Source: Spirochaetota bacterium (GTDB lineage: Bacteria > Spirochaetota > Spirochaetia > Treponematales > UBA12059). From it: DNA of 64,000 nt. The notes under the pieces are model-generated. The model made no database searches, was not told the origin of the DNA, and worked only from the letters and a program-made list of their open reading frames with translations. Below are positions 53,957-63,787 of this stretch, in pieces (the first letter of the stretch is position 1; each line of letters begins with the position of its first letter). The stretch covers positions 200,717 through 264,716 of the forward strand of contig JAKLDN010000005.1 in assembly GCA_022703505.1 (NCBI GenBank), read 5' to 3'. The translations under genes and the position numbers were made by a program.

Positions 53957-55477
53957 TCAGCTCGTCGCCAGCCGCATGATCTTCTCCTGGTCCGCTTCCT
54001 CCACCGGAAGCTCTCCGGTGATCCGGCCCGTGGAGACGATGTAGACGCGGTCGCTCATGCCCAGCACCTCGGGCAGCTCCGATGAAATCATGACGATGCT
54101 CATGCCCTCGGCCACCAGCTTGTTCATCAGGGTGTAGATCTCGTACTTGGCCCCCACGTCGATGCCCCGGGTGGGCTCGTCCAGGATCAGGACCTTGGGC
54201 CGTACGAAGAGCCACTTGGCTACCGAGACCTTCTGCTGGTTCCCCCCGGAGAGGTTCAGGACCTTCTGGTCGATGCTGGGGGTCTTGATGGACAGGGCGG
54301 AACGGTAATCCTCCGCCACCTTGGTCTCGGCGTTGCCGTCCACCACCCCCCGGGCCGCCAGGGCCCGTAGATTGGCCAGGGTGATGTTCTGCTTGACGTC
54401 CTGGATCAGGATGAGCCCGTTCCGCTTGCGGTCCTCGCTGGCGTAGGCGACCCCCGCGTCGATGGCCGCCCGGGGATCCCCGAAGCGGACGGGCCTGCCC
54501 TCCACCAGGAGCTCGCCCTCCACCCGGTACCCGTCGGGGTTGCCGAAGACGCTCCGGGCCAGCTCCGTGCGGCCGGAACCCATGAGTCCCGCGAAGCCCA
54601 CGATCTCCCCGCGGCGGACCGTGAAGTTCACGTCCTTCAGGACCGTGCGCCCCAGGCCGTGGGAATAGACCGTCCAGTTCCGGGCCTCCAGGACCACGTC
54701 CCCGAATTTCTTCGAGGTGCGCTTGGGATAGACGTCGTCGATCTCCCGGCCGACCATGTGCTGGATGAGGATCCCTTCGGACACCTCCCCCTTGCCGGCG
54801 TCCAGGGTGCGGACCGTGCGACCGTCCCGAAGGACGGTGACCGTGTCCGCGATGCGGATGACCTCCTTGAGCTTGTGGGAGATCATGATGCAGGTGACCC
54901 CGTCCCGCCTGAGGCCCCGCAGGATGTCCAGGAGGTTGTCGCAGTCGTCCTCGTTGAGCGCCGCGGTGGGCTCGTCCAGGATCAGGAGCTTCACGTCCCG
55001 GCTCAGGGCCTTGGCGATCTCCACGAGTTGCTGCTTCCCGACTCCCAGGTCCCTCACCTTCGTGGAGGGATCCAGCTGGAGCCGGACCTTGGCCAGCATC
55101 TCCGTGGCCTTCTTGATGGTTCCGTTCAAGTCCACGGTCACCCCGGACCGCAGTTCGTGGCCCAGAAGGATATTGTCGTATACCGTCATGTCCGGGACCA
55201 GGGCCAGTTCCTGGTAGATGATGCCGATCCCGGCCCGCTCGCTGTCCGCGATGCCCCGGAACCGCTGGGGCGATCCGGAAAGGAGGATCTCCCCCTCGTA
55301 GGATCCGTGGGGATAGACTCCCGAGAGGACCTTCATCAGGGTGGACTTGCCCGCCCCGTTCTCCCCCACCAGGCAGTGGATCTCCCCCCGGGCCACCCGG
55401 AAGCTCACGTCGCTCAGGGCCCGCACCCCGGGAAAGGTCTTGGTGATGTTCCTCATCTCGAGGATGGGTTCGCTCAT
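53957..55477 (-). CDS. gguA: Multiple-sugar ABC transporter ATP-binding protein (GguA/MmsA-like)
   Basis: GENGAGKSTL, YPHGSYEGEI, LSGGNQQK and DEPTRGIDVGAKYEIY; start MSEPILEM at 55477. Confidence 0.88.
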   Translation of the reverse strand: MSEPILEMRNITKTFPGVRALSDVSFRVARGEIHCLVGENGAGKSTLMKVLSGVYPHGSYEGEILLSGSPQRFRGIADSERAGIGIIYQELALVPDMTVYDNILLGHELRSGVTVDLNGTIKKATEMLAKVRLQLDPSTKVRDLGVGKQQLVEIAKALSRDVKLLILDEPTAALNEDDCDNLLDILRGLRRDGVTCIMISHKLKEVIRIADTVTVLRDGRTVRTLDAGKGEVSEGILIQHMVGREIDDVYPKRTSKKFGDVVLEARNWTVYSHGLGRTVLKDVNFTVRRGEIVGFAGLMGSGRTELARSVFGNPDGYRVEGELLVEGRPVRFGDPRAAIDAGVAYASEDRKRNGLILIQDVKQNITLANLRALAARGVVDGNAETKVAEDYRSALSIKTPSIDQKVLNLSGGNQQKVSVAKWLFVRPKVLILDEPTRGIDVGAKYEIYTLMNKLVAEGMSIVMISSELPEVLGMSDRVYIVSTGRITGELPVEEADQEKIMRLATS

Positions 55478-55517
55478 CTTCCGGCCTCCGTTCGGGATCC
55501 GCACTCCGTCCGCGGAA

Positions 55518-55550
55518 GAGGGCGCCGACGGCCGGGCCGCCGACGCCCTC
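55518..55550 (-). other. Intercistronic RNA hairpin between chvE and gguA
   Basis: On the minus strand gagggcgtcggcggc-ccg-gccgtcggcgccctc forms 15 bp including two G-U pairs; the plus strand has mismatches there. Confidence 0.6.
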
Positions 55551-55574
55551 CGGGCGTTTCATGCTAGGTTCTTA

Positions 55575-56669
55575 TTATAGTCCCTTGAAGTCGGAAGCGG
55601 GATAGTAGCCGGAGTCGACGATGGCGGCCTTCACGTTCGCCTTGGTGACCGTGGTCGTGGCCGACGGCTTGGCGGGGATTTCCGCCCGGCCGTTGTTGTA
55701 GGACTTGGTCTTCGCGGGAGTCCCGCCCTTGAGGTAGGCGACGGCCGCGGCGATCGCGTCGGCGGCCAGGACCCGGACGTCCTTGAGGACCGTCATGGAC
55801 TGCTTGCCGTCGATGATGTACTGCACGGAGGCCTTTTCCGCGTCCTGGCCGGTGATCCAGTACTTGGTCACGGCCCGGTCCACGGCGAAGGCGTCCGCGA
55901 TGGCGCGGGCGGTGCCGTCGTTCGGGGCGCAGATGAAGACCTCGCCCTTCATGGCTCCGGTGGCCCGGGTCAGGTCGGCCTCGGCCTTGCTCTTGGCGGT
56001 GTTGAAGTCCCAGTTGGTCGTGACCTGGCCGATGATCTTGCCCATCTCCTCACGGGAGAGCTTGGCCTTCTTGCTCTGGGCCACGGCCTCGGTGGAGTTG
56101 CGGACCACGAAGGTTCCGTCCGCGATCTTGGGCTGGAGCTTGTTCCAGGCGCCCTCGAAGAAGAGGAAGGCGTTGTTGTCCGAGGCCGCGCCGGCGTACA
56201 GGTAGAGGTTGAGTCCCTTGCGGGTCCCCGCCTGGCTGACCAGGAAGTCGCCCCAGGCCTCGCCCACGGCCACGGAGTCGAAGGTTACGTAGTAGTCCAC
56301 GCTGGCGGTTCCGGTGATCAGGCGGTCGTAGGAGATGACCTTCACACCCGCTTTCCGGGCGGCGTCCGCGGCGGCGGCCGCGGCGGCGGAATCCTGCGGG
56401 CAGATGATCAGGACCTTGATCCCCTTGGTGATCAGGGACTCGACGTTGGCCTTCTCCTTGGCGGAGTCCCCCTGGGAGAAGAGGATCTCCACGTTGTACC
56501 CGGCCTTGGCCAGGGCGTCCTTGAACCGGGCCTCGTCCTGGAGCCAGCGCGGCTCGTCCTTGGTCGGAAGTACGATGCCCACGGGCAGGCTCCCCGCCTG
56601 GGCCACCGCGGAGACGACGATGCCCGCCAGGAACAGGACGGCGGACAGGATGGCGACGATACGCTTCAT
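55575..56669 (-). CDS. chvE: Sugar ABC transporter substrate-binding protein (ChvE/SbpA-like)
   Basis: Signal peptide; LPTKDEPRW, ISYDRLI, DNNAFLFFEG, PNDGTA and ITGQDAE motifs. Confidence 0.8.
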   Translation of the reverse strand: MKRIVAILSAVLFLAGIVVSAVAQAGSLPVGIVLPTKDEPRWLQDEARFKDALAKAGYNVEILFSQGDSAKEKANVESLITKGIKVLIICPQDSAAAAAAADAARKAGVKVISYDRLITGTASVDYYVTFDSVAVGEAWGDFLVSQAGTRKGLNLYLYAGAASDNNAFLFFEGAWNKLQPKIADGTFVVRNSTEAVAQSKKAKLSREEMGKIIGQVTTNWDFNTAKSKAEADLTRATGAMKGEVFICAPNDGTARAIADAFAVDRAVTKYWITGQDAEKASVQYIIDGKQSMTVLKDVRVLAADAIAAAVAYLKGGTPAKTKSYNNGRAEIPAKPSATTTVTKANVKAAIVDSGYYPASDFKGL

Positions 56670-56872
56670 ACAAACCCCCTTACTGCGACTCGCGGCCGAC
56701 GGGCCGCTGGCCTACAGTATCCGGGGCTTTTTACGATCGGTCTTCAGGAATGTTCCGGCGAAATTCCGCCCTGCCGGGATTTCTTGGATTCCCGGAGCCC
56801 TGCTAGCACTCGGGCTCGGCGAATGGTGGAAAAATCCAGATCGGGCCGGCCCCCGCCCCCCGCGCGGACAGC

Positions 56873-57922
56873 CTACCTCCGGACCTTCCTGTACACGTCT
56901 GCGGAGGAGTGGAACCCGTCCTTGATCACCGTCGCGTCCAGGAGATCCCGGGTGACCAGGATGGGCTCCAGCCGGACGTAGGGCACCTCGTACTTCCCGT
57001 CGTTGATCACGGCGTCCGTCCGGATCTCCTCGCCCCGGGCCAGCATGACCGCGTAGCCCGCGGCCTTGAGGGCCAGGCGGTCGATGGGCTTGTAGACCGT
57101 GGCGAACTGGACCCCCTCGGCGATGCGCTGGCAGGCCGCCAGCTCCGCGTCCTGGCCGGCGATTTTCACGTTCCCCATGAGCCGGTTTTCCGAGAGGACC
57201 GAGATGGCCGCCTCGGCCAGCATGTCGTTCCCCGCCACCACCGCGTCGATGCCCCGGTCGTGCTGGACGATCTTTTCCAGGGCCGACTTGACCTCCTCGC
57301 TGTCCCAGGTCCCGGGCCAGATCTCCCCCACGATGCGCACCGCCCCGGAGGCTTCCAGGGGATCCAGGACCCCCCGGATCCCGGCGTTCAGCATCAGGGC
57401 GTTGTTGTCCGACCGGGCCCCGTTGATGATCACGAACCCTCCCCGGGGCACGGCCCGGGACACGGACTCCGCCATCAGGCGGCCCACCATCACATTGTCG
57501 AAAGAGACGTAGAGGTCCACGTTCGCGTTCCGCACCAGCCGGTCGTAGCTCAGGACCCGGATGCCCCGGGCCCGGATCTCGGAGATCACCGAGGATAGCC
57601 GGTCCGCGTCGTTGGGCACCACCACCAGGACGTGGATGCCCGCGTCCGCGAGGTCCCGGATCTGCCGTTCCTGCACCGCGTGGTCCTGGTCCGCCACGCG
57701 GAGCAGGACGTCCGCGCCGAGCTCCCGGGCGGAGCGGATGAAGATCTCCGCGTCCCGTTTCCACCGCTCCACGACCAGGGAATCCAGGGAAAAGCCGATC
57801 AAGGGCGCCTGCCCCGGTTCCGCCCTCCGCGGAGCGGGCCTGCAGGACACCAGCGGAAGCGTGGCGGACAGGAGGGCGGCCGCGAGGACAAGGGCGCGCC
57901 GGGATCGGTCAGGGTTCCGCAT
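56873..57922 (-). CDS. D-xylose-binding (XylF-like) lipoprotein
   Basis: Lipobox LVSC; ERWKRD, LSYDRLV, YVSFDN..VG, DNNA, NDMLA, GQDAE and TVYKPI motifs. Confidence 0.82.
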   Translation of the reverse strand: MRNPDRSRRALVLAAALLSATLPLVSCRPAPRRAEPGQAPLIGFSLDSLVVERWKRDAEIFIRSARELGADVLLRVADQDHAVQERQIRDLADAGIHVLVVVPNDADRLSSVISEIRARGIRVLSYDRLVRNANVDLYVSFDNVMVGRLMAESVSRAVPRGGFVIINGARSDNNALMLNAGIRGVLDPLEASGAVRIVGEIWPGTWDSEEVKSALEKIVQHDRGIDAVVAGNDMLAEAAISVLSENRLMGNVKIAGQDAELAACQRIAEGVQFATVYKPIDRLALKAAGYAVMLARGEEIRTDAVINDGKYEVPYVRLEPILVTRDLLDATVIKDGFHSSADVYRKVRR

Positions 57923-59489
57923 CGGGTTCCTCCCTGGGGTCGGACGCGAAGGCCGAGGGGGTGTACCCCGTGACCTTCTTGAAGAGCCGGGCGAAGTAGT
58001 TGGGGTCCGGATAGCCGCAGACCGCGCTCACGAGCTTAACGGAGGCTCCGGGCTGGATGAGGAGTTCCTTGGCCCGTTCGATCCGGACCTCCGTCAGGAA
58101 ATCCGAGAAGCCGCGGCCCGTCTCCTCCACGAAGAGCCGGGAAAGGCGGCCCGGGGACAGGAGTACTTCCGCGGCCGCGGACTCCAGGGATATCTGCCGG
58201 GCATAGTTCTCGCGGATGTACGCCGCGGCACGGGCCACCGGGACGGACCACCGGGGCGCCTTTTCAGCGGCCGCGGCAAGGGCGGGCATCCGGGCGCGGG
58301 CCGCCTCGGCCAGTCCCTCCGCCCCCGGAGCCGCGCGCAGATCCTCCAGGTCCTGAAGGCGGGCCGCCTCCGCGGAACCGAGGAACCCGCGCCGTTCGAA
58401 GTCCCGGTAGGCTTCGGAGAAGAGCCCGATCAGTCGGTACCGCTGCCCCGGGGACGGCTCCGCGCGGCCCCGGAAACCTTCCAGGATGCGGTCCAGGGCC
58501 TGACGGGCCCGGTCGGGATCCCCGGAAGCGAGGGTTTCCAGGAATGTCCGCTCGTCCTCCGCCCGCGCCTCGGCCGGCATGTCGGGGGCTTCGGGACCGG
58601 GTTCTCCGCCCGGGGAGCCCAGGCCCAGGGACTCCCGGTAGGCCCGGACCCAGGCCGACGGAGCCTCGGCCAGGGGGGCGGGGCCCGCGAACCCGAGACG
58701 GAGCGATCCCCGACCCGGCTCGATCCCCGGGGACTGCCCGAGGGTCTCCCGGAACGCGGCGGCCTCCTTGGCCTCCTGATCCGGGTCTTCGATCGGCAGC
58801 AGGACGATCGACAGTCCCCCCCGAAGGGGGCCCGCCAAAGCCCGGGTCTTGTAGCGGATCGCCTGGCGGAAGGACTCGTAGAGCCCGCGGATGTCGGACC
58901 GGCGGTCCGGGGAACCCGGGGGCGGCAGGAAGGCCGCCGCCGCGACCTCGGCTCGGGTTCCCCGTATCCCGAGGGTGGCCCGGTAGGGCTCCGGGTCGAA
59001 CTCCGCGCCGTCCCCGGACCGGATCGCGTCCAGGAAGGCCTCCTCCACGAAGGACCGCAGGCGCTCCTCCCGCTCCCGGTGCTCCATCTCCCTCCGCTCC
59101 AGCTCGAACCTGCGGTCCGCGAAGGCCGAGGCCGCCCGGAGGGCCGCGGCCAGCTTGTCCCGGGACACGGGCTTGAGGAGGTAGTCCAGGACCCCCAGCT
59201 CCATGGCTTCCCGGGCTATGTCGAATCGCTCGTAGGCGGTGACCAGGATGAAGACGCAGGGGAGGCCCCGGGCCCGGATCTCCCGGACCGCGTCCAGGCC
59301 CGAGATCCCGGGCATCCAGACGTCCATGAGGACGATGTCCGGGGCCAGGGCCGCGGCCTTCTCCACGGCGTCCCGGCCGGAGGAGGCGTTTCCGACCACG
59401 CTGAACTCGGCGGACAGGTCCCTTCGGACCATGAGCTCGATGGTCTCCACCACCGGGCGCTCGTCGTCCACCACCAGCACGCGCTTCAC
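57909..59489 (-). CDS. Response regulator with C-terminal AraC HTH (YesN-like)
   Basis: VLVVDDE, VLMDV, TAY and LLKP receiver motifs; C-terminal LSRLF...RIERAKELL...GYPDPNYFARLFKK. Confidence 0.9.
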   Translation of the reverse strand: MKRVLVVDDERPVVETIELMVRRDLSAEFSVVGNASSGRDAVEKAAALAPDIVLMDVWMPGISGLDAVREIRARGLPCVFILVTAYERFDIAREAMELGVLDYLLKPVSRDKLAAALRAASAFADRRFELERREMEHREREERLRSFVEEAFLDAIRSGDGAEFDPEPYRATLGIRGTRAEVAAAAFLPPPGSPDRRSDIRGLYESFRQAIRYKTRALAGPLRGGLSIVLLPIEDPDQEAKEAAAFRETLGQSPGIEPGRGSLRLGFAGPAPLAEAPSAWVRAYRESLGLGSPGGEPGPEAPDMPAEARAEDERTFLETLASGDPDRARQALDRILEGFRGRAEPSPGQRYRLIGLFSEAYRDFERRGFLGSAEAARLQDLEDLRAAPGAEGLAEAARARMPALAAAAEKAPRWSVPVARAAAYIRENYARQISLESAAAEVLLSPGRLSRLFVEETGRGFSDFLTEVRIERAKELLIQPGASVKLVSAVCGYPDPNYFARLFKKVTGYTPSAFASDPREEPDAEP

Positions 59490-60955
59490 GGGACCACCCC
59501 CTCCAGGGGCAGTCGGATCCGGACCGCCGTCCCGGCCCCCTCCGAGGACTCCACGTCCACCCGGCCCCTTCCCTCGGTGGCCAGGGTGACCCGGCGGATG
59601 ACGTTCCGAAGCCCGATCCCGGCCCGGGGATCCCCCTCCCCGGCCGGTTCGCCCAGGATCCGCTCCCTCTCGGCGGGACTCATCCCTCCGCCGGAGTCCT
59701 CAACCGAAAGGACGGCTTCCCGGCCTTCCACCCGGGCGGAGACCCGGACGGTTCCGCCCTCCTCCCGGTCCCGAAGCCCGTGCCCCACGGCGTTTTCCAC
59801 CAGGGGCTGGAGGACCAGGGCGGGGGTCTCGACACTCAGGGCCCGGTCGTCCGCCTCCACCTCGAACCGGTACCGTTCCCCGAAGCGGAGGCGCAGGAGC
59901 CAGATGTACAGGCGCACGCACTCGAGCTCGTCCGAGACCCGGACGGACCGGGAGGGGGGCTTCAGGGCGTATCGGATGAAGGCCGCGAGGTTCTCCATGA
60001 AGTCCCCGGTCCGGTCCGCCCCCTCCGAGAGGGCCAGCTGCTGACCCGCCGCCAGGGTGTTGAAGAGGAAGTGGGGGTTGATCTGGGTCTGGAGGGCCAG
60101 GAGCTCCGCGTCCTTGAGCTTGTGGTCCATGTCCAGGAGCCGGACCCGCTCCTCCATGAGGCTCCGCTCCAGCTCCGCCTTGGCCCTCTGCTCCTCGAAG
60201 GCGCGGCGCACGGACTCGCGCATGCTGGCGAAGGAGGCGGCCATGACCCCGATCTCGTCCGGCCGGCCCGGGGGCGGAAGGTCGTGGTCGTAGTCGCCCC
60301 GGCCCAGGGCCTCGGCGGCCCGGGCCAGCTCGGCCAGGGGTTCGGTCAGCCGGAAGGAAAAGCTCACCAGGATGGCCATGCCCATCAGGGTTGCGAAGAC
60401 CACCAGGACCGCGTTGGATACCAGGACCGAGGTGACCCGGGAGTTGAAGCCCGAGAAGGCCGCCAGGGAGTCGGAGATGAAGACCCCCTCGATCCGGTCG
60501 ATCAGGAACATGACCAGGTCCAGGGTACGCTCGGCGCTCTCGAAACGCTCCGTGTAGGCCGCCACGTCCCGGCCCCGCTTGGACGCCACGGAGGCCTCCG
60601 CGTCGGCCAGGAAGGAATCCAGAAGGCCCGCCAGGTCCCGCTCCAGGAGGAGGACCTCGTCCGCCCGGATCTCCCGGTTGAGGCGGCGGGCGTCCTCGGA
60701 GAGCCGGGTGGAGTACTTGATGTAGTCCTTGAGGGCATCGGAGCTCTTCGTGGACAAGTACACCGTCAGGCTCGCCTCGGTGCGCCCCAGGGAGTCCCGG
60801 ATGTCCTCCATGAGGCGGTTGTTCCGGAAGAGGATCTCCACGCTCCGGGCCAGCCCCACCGAGGCCAGGCCCGCGTAGAGGACCGCGGAGGCCACGATCA
60901 GGAGGACCAGGGCCGAATTGAGGATGATCTTGCCCCGGACGCCGGCCCGTCTCAC
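59486..60955 (-). CDS. Sensor histidine kinase (LytS/YesM-like)
   Basis: Two TMs, HAMP domain, QINPHFLFNTL, LQPLVENAV.HG, DSGGG and GIGLRNV; GTG start overlapping the upstream stop. Confidence 0.9.
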   Translation of the reverse strand: MRRAGVRGKIILNSALVLLIVASAVLYAGLASVGLARSVEILFRNNRLMEDIRDSLGRTEASLTVYLSTKSSDALKDYIKYSTRLSEDARRLNREIRADEVLLLERDLAGLLDSFLADAEASVASKRGRDVAAYTERFESAERTLDLVMFLIDRIEGVFISDSLAAFSGFNSRVTSVLVSNAVLVVFATLMGMAILVSFSFRLTEPLAELARAAEALGRGDYDHDLPPPGRPDEIGVMAASFASMRESVRRAFEEQRAKAELERSLMEERVRLLDMDHKLKDAELLALQTQINPHFLFNTLAAGQQLALSEGADRTGDFMENLAAFIRYALKPPSRSVRVSDELECVRLYIWLLRLRFGERYRFEVEADDRALSVETPALVLQPLVENAVGHGLRDREEGGTVRVSARVEGREAVLSVEDSGGGMSPAERERILGEPAGEGDPRAGIGLRNVIRRVTLATEGRGRVDVESSEGAGTAVRIRLPLEGVVP

Positions 60956-61938
60956 GGGGACCTCCCCTCGGCGGTACGCACGTAGAACCCCGCCTCCACG
61001 GGTCCCGCGGGGGCGCCCCCGTCCTTGATGCGGGCGAAGGCGAGCACCGCCTCCCTGCCGATCCACTTGGAGTCCCGGACGATGGAGGCCGTCACCACCC
61101 CCTTCTCGATGTACCGGAGGATCTCGGGAGTCTCGTCCGCCCCGACCACCAGGATGCTTCCCACCCGGTTGAGGTCGACGATCACCTGGGCCACGCCCAT
61201 GGTGTCCCGGGAGTTGGCGCAGAAGATCGCGTTGATCGAGGGGTCCGCCCCCAGCATGGCCGAGGCCGCCTCCTCCCCCGCCAGGGTGCCCGGCCGGGCA
61301 CGGGTCAGGGCGGACACCCGGGCCCCCGGAAAGGCCTGTATGGAGGCGGACACGCCCCGGAAGAGGGGTTCCTCCTCCTCGGGGCCCGCGCCGCCGGCGG
61401 GGAGGATGACCCCGATCCGGGCGGAAGCCCCCAGGGCCGCGCAGATGCGGCGCCCCCCCTCGAAGCCCTGGAGCAGGGAGGCGGAGCCGATGAAGCCCGG
61501 GGGCTCTCCCTCCGGAACATCCGTGCCCACGGGCACGAACACGACCCCCCTCCGTAAGGCCGCCTCGGCGCGGCGCAAGACCGGCTCGCCCCGGGGGGAG
61601 TACATGATGAGCCCGTCCACGCCGGCGCCCAGGGCGATCTCGAAGAACCGTTCCGAATCCGCGGGGGAGGAGGCCGCATACCGGAAAACCTGTACCGCCG
61701 AATCCGTTTCCTGGGCCCCCGAGCGGACCCCCTCGGCGAGGCCCGAGAAGAAGGAATCGTCGTCGTCCGGAATGACCAGGACCAGGTGGTACCGGGCCTT
61801 GGGGATCCTGGAGGTCTCCCGGAAGACGCCCCCGGCGAAGGCCCTCCGGCTCTGGTCCACCAGGCGCGCGTTCATGAGGATGGCTCCCAGGAAGGCGGCC
61901 CCGAAGAGGGCGGCCAGGATCCACGCGGCGCGTTTCAT
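60952..61938 (-). CDS. Membrane-anchored sugar-binding sensor protein (periplasmic binding protein type I fold)
   Basis: N-terminal TM helix; DDDSFFSGLAEG, INAIFCAN, VVGADET and IEKGVVTASI; TATACT 7 nt upstream of the ATG. Confidence 0.78.
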   Translation of the reverse strand: MKRAAWILAALFGAAFLGAILMNARLVDQSRRAFAGGVFRETSRIPKARYHLVLVIPDDDDSFFSGLAEGVRSGAQETDSAVQVFRYAASSPADSERFFEIALGAGVDGLIMYSPRGEPVLRRAEAALRRGVVFVPVGTDVPEGEPPGFIGSASLLQGFEGGRRICAALGASARIGVILPAGGAGPEEEEPLFRGVSASIQAFPGARVSALTRARPGTLAGEEAASAMLGADPSINAIFCANSRDTMGVAQVIVDLNRVGSILVVGADETPEILRYIEKGVVTASIVRDSKWIGREAVLAFARIKDGGAPAGPVEAGFYVRTAEGRSP

Positions 61939-62005
61939 CGGGGACAGTATACAGGACACGGACGACGGGAGCCAGGACGCGGGCACCCGGTCCCCCGGGA
62001 CCCGA

Positions 62006-63787
62006 TCACTTGTTCACCTCCCGGAACACGAACTCCGCCACCTCGTACGCCCCGTAGCCCGCGGCCCCGAAGGACACGGATCCCCTGCGCAGGACGGCTC
62101 CCGAAGCGCGCTGTTCCAAGGAGAACTCCGCGCCGGATCCGGAGAGGCGCAGGCGGAGCTCGAAGATCCGGTCTCCGGCCCCGGGTTCCGTCTCAAGGCC
62201 GAGCTTTGCCAGGCGCCGGAGCAGGGAACGGACGGTCCGGCCGTCCGCGTCCGGGGATGCTTCCAGGACCAGGACCGCGGGCAGGGAGAAGCCCCGCCGG
62301 GGTAGGGCGCCGGGGTTCAGGATCCAGAGGCGCTCGAGGACGGACCGGAGCTCGGCCTTCCGGCCCCTGCGGGCCAGGATCTCCGCCAGGCCTCCCAGGC
62401 CTTCCTCCGTCAGGTCCCGCTCCCACGCGGGATCCAGGGTCGCCAGGGCCGCCTCGACGGCCCGGGGATTCCGCGCCAGCAGGGCCGCTTCCAGGTCGTT
62501 GGAAGGCCGGGCTTCCGGCACCCAGGCTTCCTCCAGGGCCCGGGCCCTGCCCAGGTACCGGGCGGCCCGGCGCGGGTATCCCCGGAAGGCGAGGTAGGCG
62601 TGGACCGCGGCGGGAAGCTCCGCCCCCTCCCGGGCGTAGGCCTCCGCCACTGCCCGGGCGTACTTCCGGAAGAGGCCCTCGTGCCAGGCCGCGCGAAGGG
62701 ATTCGACGGCGCGGCTCGCCCAGGATGCGGCCCCGTCCCGGAGATCCCGCTTCGGCCGCGCCTTCTCGACCCGGGCCCGGCCCCGGTGGATCTCCGACAG
62801 CAGTTCGTGGAGGTCCATGGCGAAGCTGTCGGGATCCGTACCGAAGCTGGCCATCCAGGGGTGGTCCTCCAGGTCCGCGACCTCCCGGACCCAGGCCAGG
62901 GCCTCGTCCAGCCGGCCCGCCGCAAGGGCCGACTCCGCCAGGCCGAGACGTGCCAGGGGGGTCGTGTCCACTCCGAAGGCGCTGGCGAAGTCCGCCTGGG
63001 CCGCGTCCAGTTCCATCCGCCGGAGCCGGAGCTCCCCCCGGGCCAGATAGCCGGAAGACCGCGACTCCGCCAGCAGCGACCGGTCCGCCGCCTCCAGGGC
63101 CCGGGCCCAAAGCCGGAATCGGGACTCCAGGAGGGACAGGTTGTACAGGGCCACCGCCGTGAACCTCGAGTAGCCCTCCGCCCGGGCCCCCGCGATGGCT
63201 TCCTCGTACCGCCTTCGGGACTCTTCGTATTCGAAGAGCTCAGCCCGGAGAGTCCCCAGGGTCATGGAAAATCCGATGTCCGGTCCCAGGCGCCGCTCGG
63301 CGTCCTCCAGGAGGGCGATCCCCTCATTCAGGCGGTGGGTCTTGAAGAGCATCCACCCGAGATCCCCGACGGCCCGGGTGCTTCCGGGATCCAGGTCCAG
63401 GAGCCTCCGCAGGTAGCGGATGGAATCCTCCTCCCGGTTCAGGTACCCGTAGGAATCCGCGATCCGCTGGAGGGTGCCCGTGTCGGCCGGGTCCAGGCTC
63501 TCCGCGGCCAGGTACTCGTCCAGGGCCAGGGCGTGGAGGGACCGGTCCGTGTAGAGGTCCCCCAGGAGGACCGCCGGGCGGGGATCCCCGGGAAAGAGCG
63601 AGCGGGCCCGGCGCAGTATCGCCGCGGCTCCGCCGTAGTCCCCCGCCTCCGCGGCTGCGGCGGCTTCGGCCTCCAGGGCTTGCAGGTCCGGCGCCTGGGC
63701 GGAGGCCGCGGCGGCGAAGGACGCCGCCAGGAAGACCGCCAGGACCCGCGCCGGGATGCCGGGTTTCCGCCTCCTCCTCTCCGTCAT
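62006..63787 (-). CDS. Exported TPR-containing protein
   Basis: Signal/TM segment followed by several TPR-like helical repeats (e.g. LGDLYTDRSLHALALDEY..A). Confidence 0.75.
   Translation of the reverse strand: MTERRRRKPGIPARVLAVFLAASFAAAASAQAPDLQALEAEAAAAAEAGDYGGAAAILRRARSLFPGDPRPAVLLGDLYTDRSLHALALDEYLAAESLDPADTGTLQRIADSYGYLNREEDSIRYLRRLLDLDPGSTRAVGDLGWMLFKTHRLNEGIALLEDAERRLGPDIGFSMTLGTLRAELFEYEESRRRYEEAIAGARAEGYSRFTAVALYNLSLLESRFRLWARALEAADRSLLAESRSSGYLARGELRLRRMELDAAQADFASAFGVDTTPLARLGLAESALAAGRLDEALAWVREVADLEDHPWMASFGTDPDSFAMDLHELLSEIHRGRARVEKARPKRDLRDGAASWASRAVESLRAAWHEGLFRKYARAVAEAYAREGAELPAAVHAYLAFRGYPRRAARYLGRARALEEAWVPEARPSNDLEAALLARNPRAVEAALATLDPAWERDLTEEGLGGLAEILARRGRKAELRSVLERLWILNPGALPRRGFSLPAVLVLEASPDADGRTVRSLLRRLAKLGLETEPGAGDRIFELRLRLSGSGAEFSLEQRASGAVLRRGSVSFGAAGYGAYEVAEFVFREVNK

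Noticed and set aside
49402-53979. 1525-aa plus-strand ORF, and similar long ORFs such as 15911-19825, 28406-31225, 50087-53371 and 186-2381
   Set aside because: They are Pro/Arg/Gly-rich shadow frames overlapping well-supported genes. Long stop-free alternative and antisense frames are expected at this GC content.
56798-56806. ccctgctag (CTAGCAGGG on the minus strand) as another copy of the CTAG repeat
   Set aside because: Only the first 9 nt match. The TGYTG stem and CTCGAAG core are absent.
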